This document shows, piece by piece, positions 60,818 through 64,000 of a stretch of 64,000 nt of DNA. Location of the stretch: the NCBI GenBank assembly GCA_030324005.1, contig JARDVH010000084.1, forward strand, positions 44,020,262 to 44,084,261. Direction: 5' to 3'. Each line of letters starts with the position of its first letter. Within the stretch, counting starts at the first letter, position 1. The position numbers and the translations under genes are program-made. The notes under the pieces are model-generated. The model made no database searches and was not told the origin of the DNA. It worked only from the letters and a program-made list of their open reading frames with translations. Origin of the DNA: Negaprion brevirostris. Lineage: Eukaryota.

Positions 60818-63800
60818 CAATTAGATTGGCTGGAAGCTCCTGCAGTTCCAGCAGTGAGTAGTAGGAGCTGCTGGGGTTGCAAGCAGGCACTCAAAGATCA
60901 AAAATGAACATGGGAGAGTGGGTAGATCCATGTTTTCTTTGGCAGCAGGGCCAGTGAGTGAATTGGCAGGTGGGTTTTGTTGGCCGGGCATGAAGGCACA
61001 AAGAGGGTAGTTATTATCTTGGTGGGTGGAGCTCCTCAATATGCACATGGCACCACTTAAAGGATGTACCCTATTTCCTTCCTGCCCTTTCAGCAACTGT
61101 GGTGAAAAATCAACCTTCTTACTCTTGACTGCCTTCCACTGCCCAGCATATTATGCTAATGCAGGCAGATGGAGGTCTTTAATTGCCACTTAATTGGACA
61201 GGTAAGAGCCTCAATGTGTCTATGAACAGACAGACAGGTAAATGGGCAGCCTTACCCACCCCTCATATTATGAGATTGGGTTGGGCAGCAGAGCTACCCA
61301 CTCAACCTACTAAATGTGCTCCCCTCACTGATAATATACCCGCGTGGAGGGTGGGGGGCTTTAATATTCACCCTCTGATTTTAGTTTCTAACTTGTCTCT
61401 GAGTGCAGACATTTCTGAATTAGGATGTAGACAATGCATTTTGTTTTCACTTGATAAACAATGAAGGTGGAATATACAAATTTGCTGAAAATTTACTTCA
61501 CTTTCATACCATTATAATTAACTTAATTAAATCCTGAACTTAAGCACAAGAGGGAGCTGGCAGAGTTCCAGTGATGATCAAAGCGGGGGATGCTATCTAA
61601 AGGATGAGTTTTTCAATAAACTGCAAAATTGCTCTGGCGTCAAGTTCAACAATGGTGTTTCCTTTGAAAGACTGGGAGCAGCTAAGACAGAAGACTAATG
61701 CAAGAACTGTTCTACCCACCATCTAAGTGTATGGCACTTCTAACAGTATGTCAGCAAAAATTGCAAGCGCCTCCACTCAGATTCAGTGGGAGAAATTAAA
61801 TTATTATTTCTCCTGTTCTATTTTGGATGTAAAGTTGTGAATCAGAGTCCAGTCCCTATCGCCAATCTTCTCCAATTGTCAAATTGGAAGCCAGCGACTG
61901 TTTGGTCAGTAGGGGAGTTGGGGCCTTTGTCTATGCCAATTAGATTCTAACACTGTTGCAAGGGAATGACCACTAGTCCTTATGAGAACTTTTTAAAAAC
62001 TTATTTTCTACAGAATTTTCACAGAAATATTGTGCACTGCTGCCAAGCAGGACTGTCTTTCCCAGCTCCCTACACCACCACCCCCCGGCCCCCGCACTTC
62101 TTTGCCTCCTCATCTCAGGATCTGCCTGCGTGCGAGCTGGTTCAACAACAGCCAGTGGAAATTTGACAAAGCCAAACCAGCGAAGAGTATTAGAAAATAC
62201 CAATGCCGCNNNNNNNNNNNNNNNNNNNNNNNNNNNNNNNNNNNNNNNNNNNNNNNNNNNNNNNNNNNNNNNNNNNNNNNNNNNNNNNNNNNNNNNNNNN
62301 NNNNNNNNNAGTATTATAAAATACCAATGCCGCCCCCCCCCCCCCCAACACCCTGCCCCCACCCTTAACTGGCATTCTTAGCAAGCTTGTTCAATTTCCA
62401 TCACAAGTCTGATAGGGACTAGTACATAAAGCACATCGGAAGTATATAACTATCTTTGCATGAACATAATAGAATGGTCGACTCCATAAATTTCAGCATC
62501 TCCCTGGTTATGTAGAGTCTTCCAATCTTCATCATTGACTGTACATAGATAATGAGATTGCGCTGCCTTGGCATGGAGATATCTGCTGAGGTTCTTCTTT
62601 TGTGAAGACAATATCATTACATACTACTTTGAGATAGCAGTTTGGAGACAAACAAAGTTGGGGATTACATGACCAAGTCAGCGTAAAAAAATATAAAAAA
62701 CAAAAAGAAAATGGAGAAGTTTATCAAGCTTTGAAAGCTTGTGATACAATGCAGCAATATGTCACTTAACAATGCACTCTCCTAGAAGAAATTAAAAACC
62801 ACCAGTGAATTCAACAAAACTCTGGGGAATTTCCCTTAATGTTGCAAAACACAGGTGTTCAATAAGTTAGCCAATAGCCAGATGTAGCTAATGGGGAATG
62901 CAGATGTGGCTAATTGCAATTTTGATGAGTAAATGAAGAATGGACTGAGATAACATAGTCATCTTGACTGATCATAATAACTGCTCTAGGCAAGGAGAAG
63001 AATTCATTCCAGCCAATAACAAGCAGTTCTCAGAAGGTCTTCTTGGAGAATATGGGTGGGTCTGAGGTAACATGAAGTGCAAGTCAATGTTCTCAACAAC
63101 TCACAGCTTGCAAATGCTAGGAATAAAAAAAAGATCAAATGCCAGTATATTGTACATGCAGCATTCTATCAGGAGTTNNNNNNNNNNNNNNNNNNNNNNN
63201 NNNNNNNNNNNNNNNNNNNNNNNNNNNNNNNNNNNNNNNNNNNNNNNNNNNNNNNNNNNNNNNNNNNNNNNNNNNNNTATTGTACATGCAGCATTCTATC
63301 AGGAGTTGCTGGATGCAGTTGCAGCAGGAACCATGGTTAGGGCATTCGTTACCCTTTCAGTAGCTCCAGCTGAGGCAAGATAACTCAGCACAGAGTGATT
63401 GGAACATGGAAATTCATGGGTTGCATAGTTATATTCCATGCATTCATCAGTTACCAAGAGAATGTTTCTTATTAGTACCTTGGACATTAATTAAGAAACT
63501 TAAAGGAATAATTGTACTTAATTTCCAATATAATTTCTATTCTATGCACACGCAAATAAACAAGTCCATATAATGGGTAACATGACAAAGACCTCCTGAG
63601 AAAAGAAAACCTATTTTGTTGTCAGTGCATTTAGTTGATATGAGATTAGCTGACGTGTACAAGACTTTAAAAATGGAGTAAATCATGTTGTTGAAGGGTC
63701 AGTGAACTCAATTATAGAAATAGTTAAGGGGCTGACAATGTGCACAAGGTTTAAAAGTTATGTACAAGGAGCATATTTATACCCACCTTGTTATAGATGT

Positions 63801-64000
63801 ATAATAGAACTTGTTTTTCAATTTAAAGTGTCCCTTGTCTCTCTCCGGTTAGTCAATACATTACACTAATAATTTTACATGATTCTATTAAAGTACACAA
63901 AACAAAGTATCAATTTCACATTATAAGTCATGCAGTCAAATAGATTCTGATCTTTTAACACTGTGTTATTACTTTCAGCAAAAGACTTTGACAGTGAAGG

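Noticed and set aside
61560-63480. Possible decayed DNA-transposon coding sequence
   Set aside because: No recognisable protein motif in any frame that I could support.

Overview
Eukaryotic (vertebrate) genomic DNA, most likely from a shark or other elasmobranch, judged from its repeat families (HE1-type V-SINEs, HER1/CR1 LINEs, SacSINE1-like Deu-SINE). It is a gapped draft scaffold with many N runs. The only host coding sequence I can support is one 126-bp internal exon (42553-42678, + strand) encoding the start of Ig domain 2 of an IgLON cell-adhesion protein, best matching NEGR1 exon 3. The rest of the window is therefore most likely the giant flanking introns. These are filled with decayed mobile elements: CR1, Rex1/Babar and L2 LINEs, tRNA-derived SINEs, Gypsy gag/integrase/LTR remnants, PIF/Harbinger transposase and Myb/SANT remnants with related MITEs, and Penelope-like element (PLE) remnants. 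The most interesting signal is two families of short PLE-type repeats (about 13 copies or fragments). They carry minimal type I hammerhead-ribozyme motifs (CUGANGA-stem II-GAAA-NN-UH) with compensatory stem II variation, and several are inserted as fold-back palindromes with target-site duplications. Family assignments come from recalled motifs, not database searches, and repeat boundaries are approximate unless TSDs are given.
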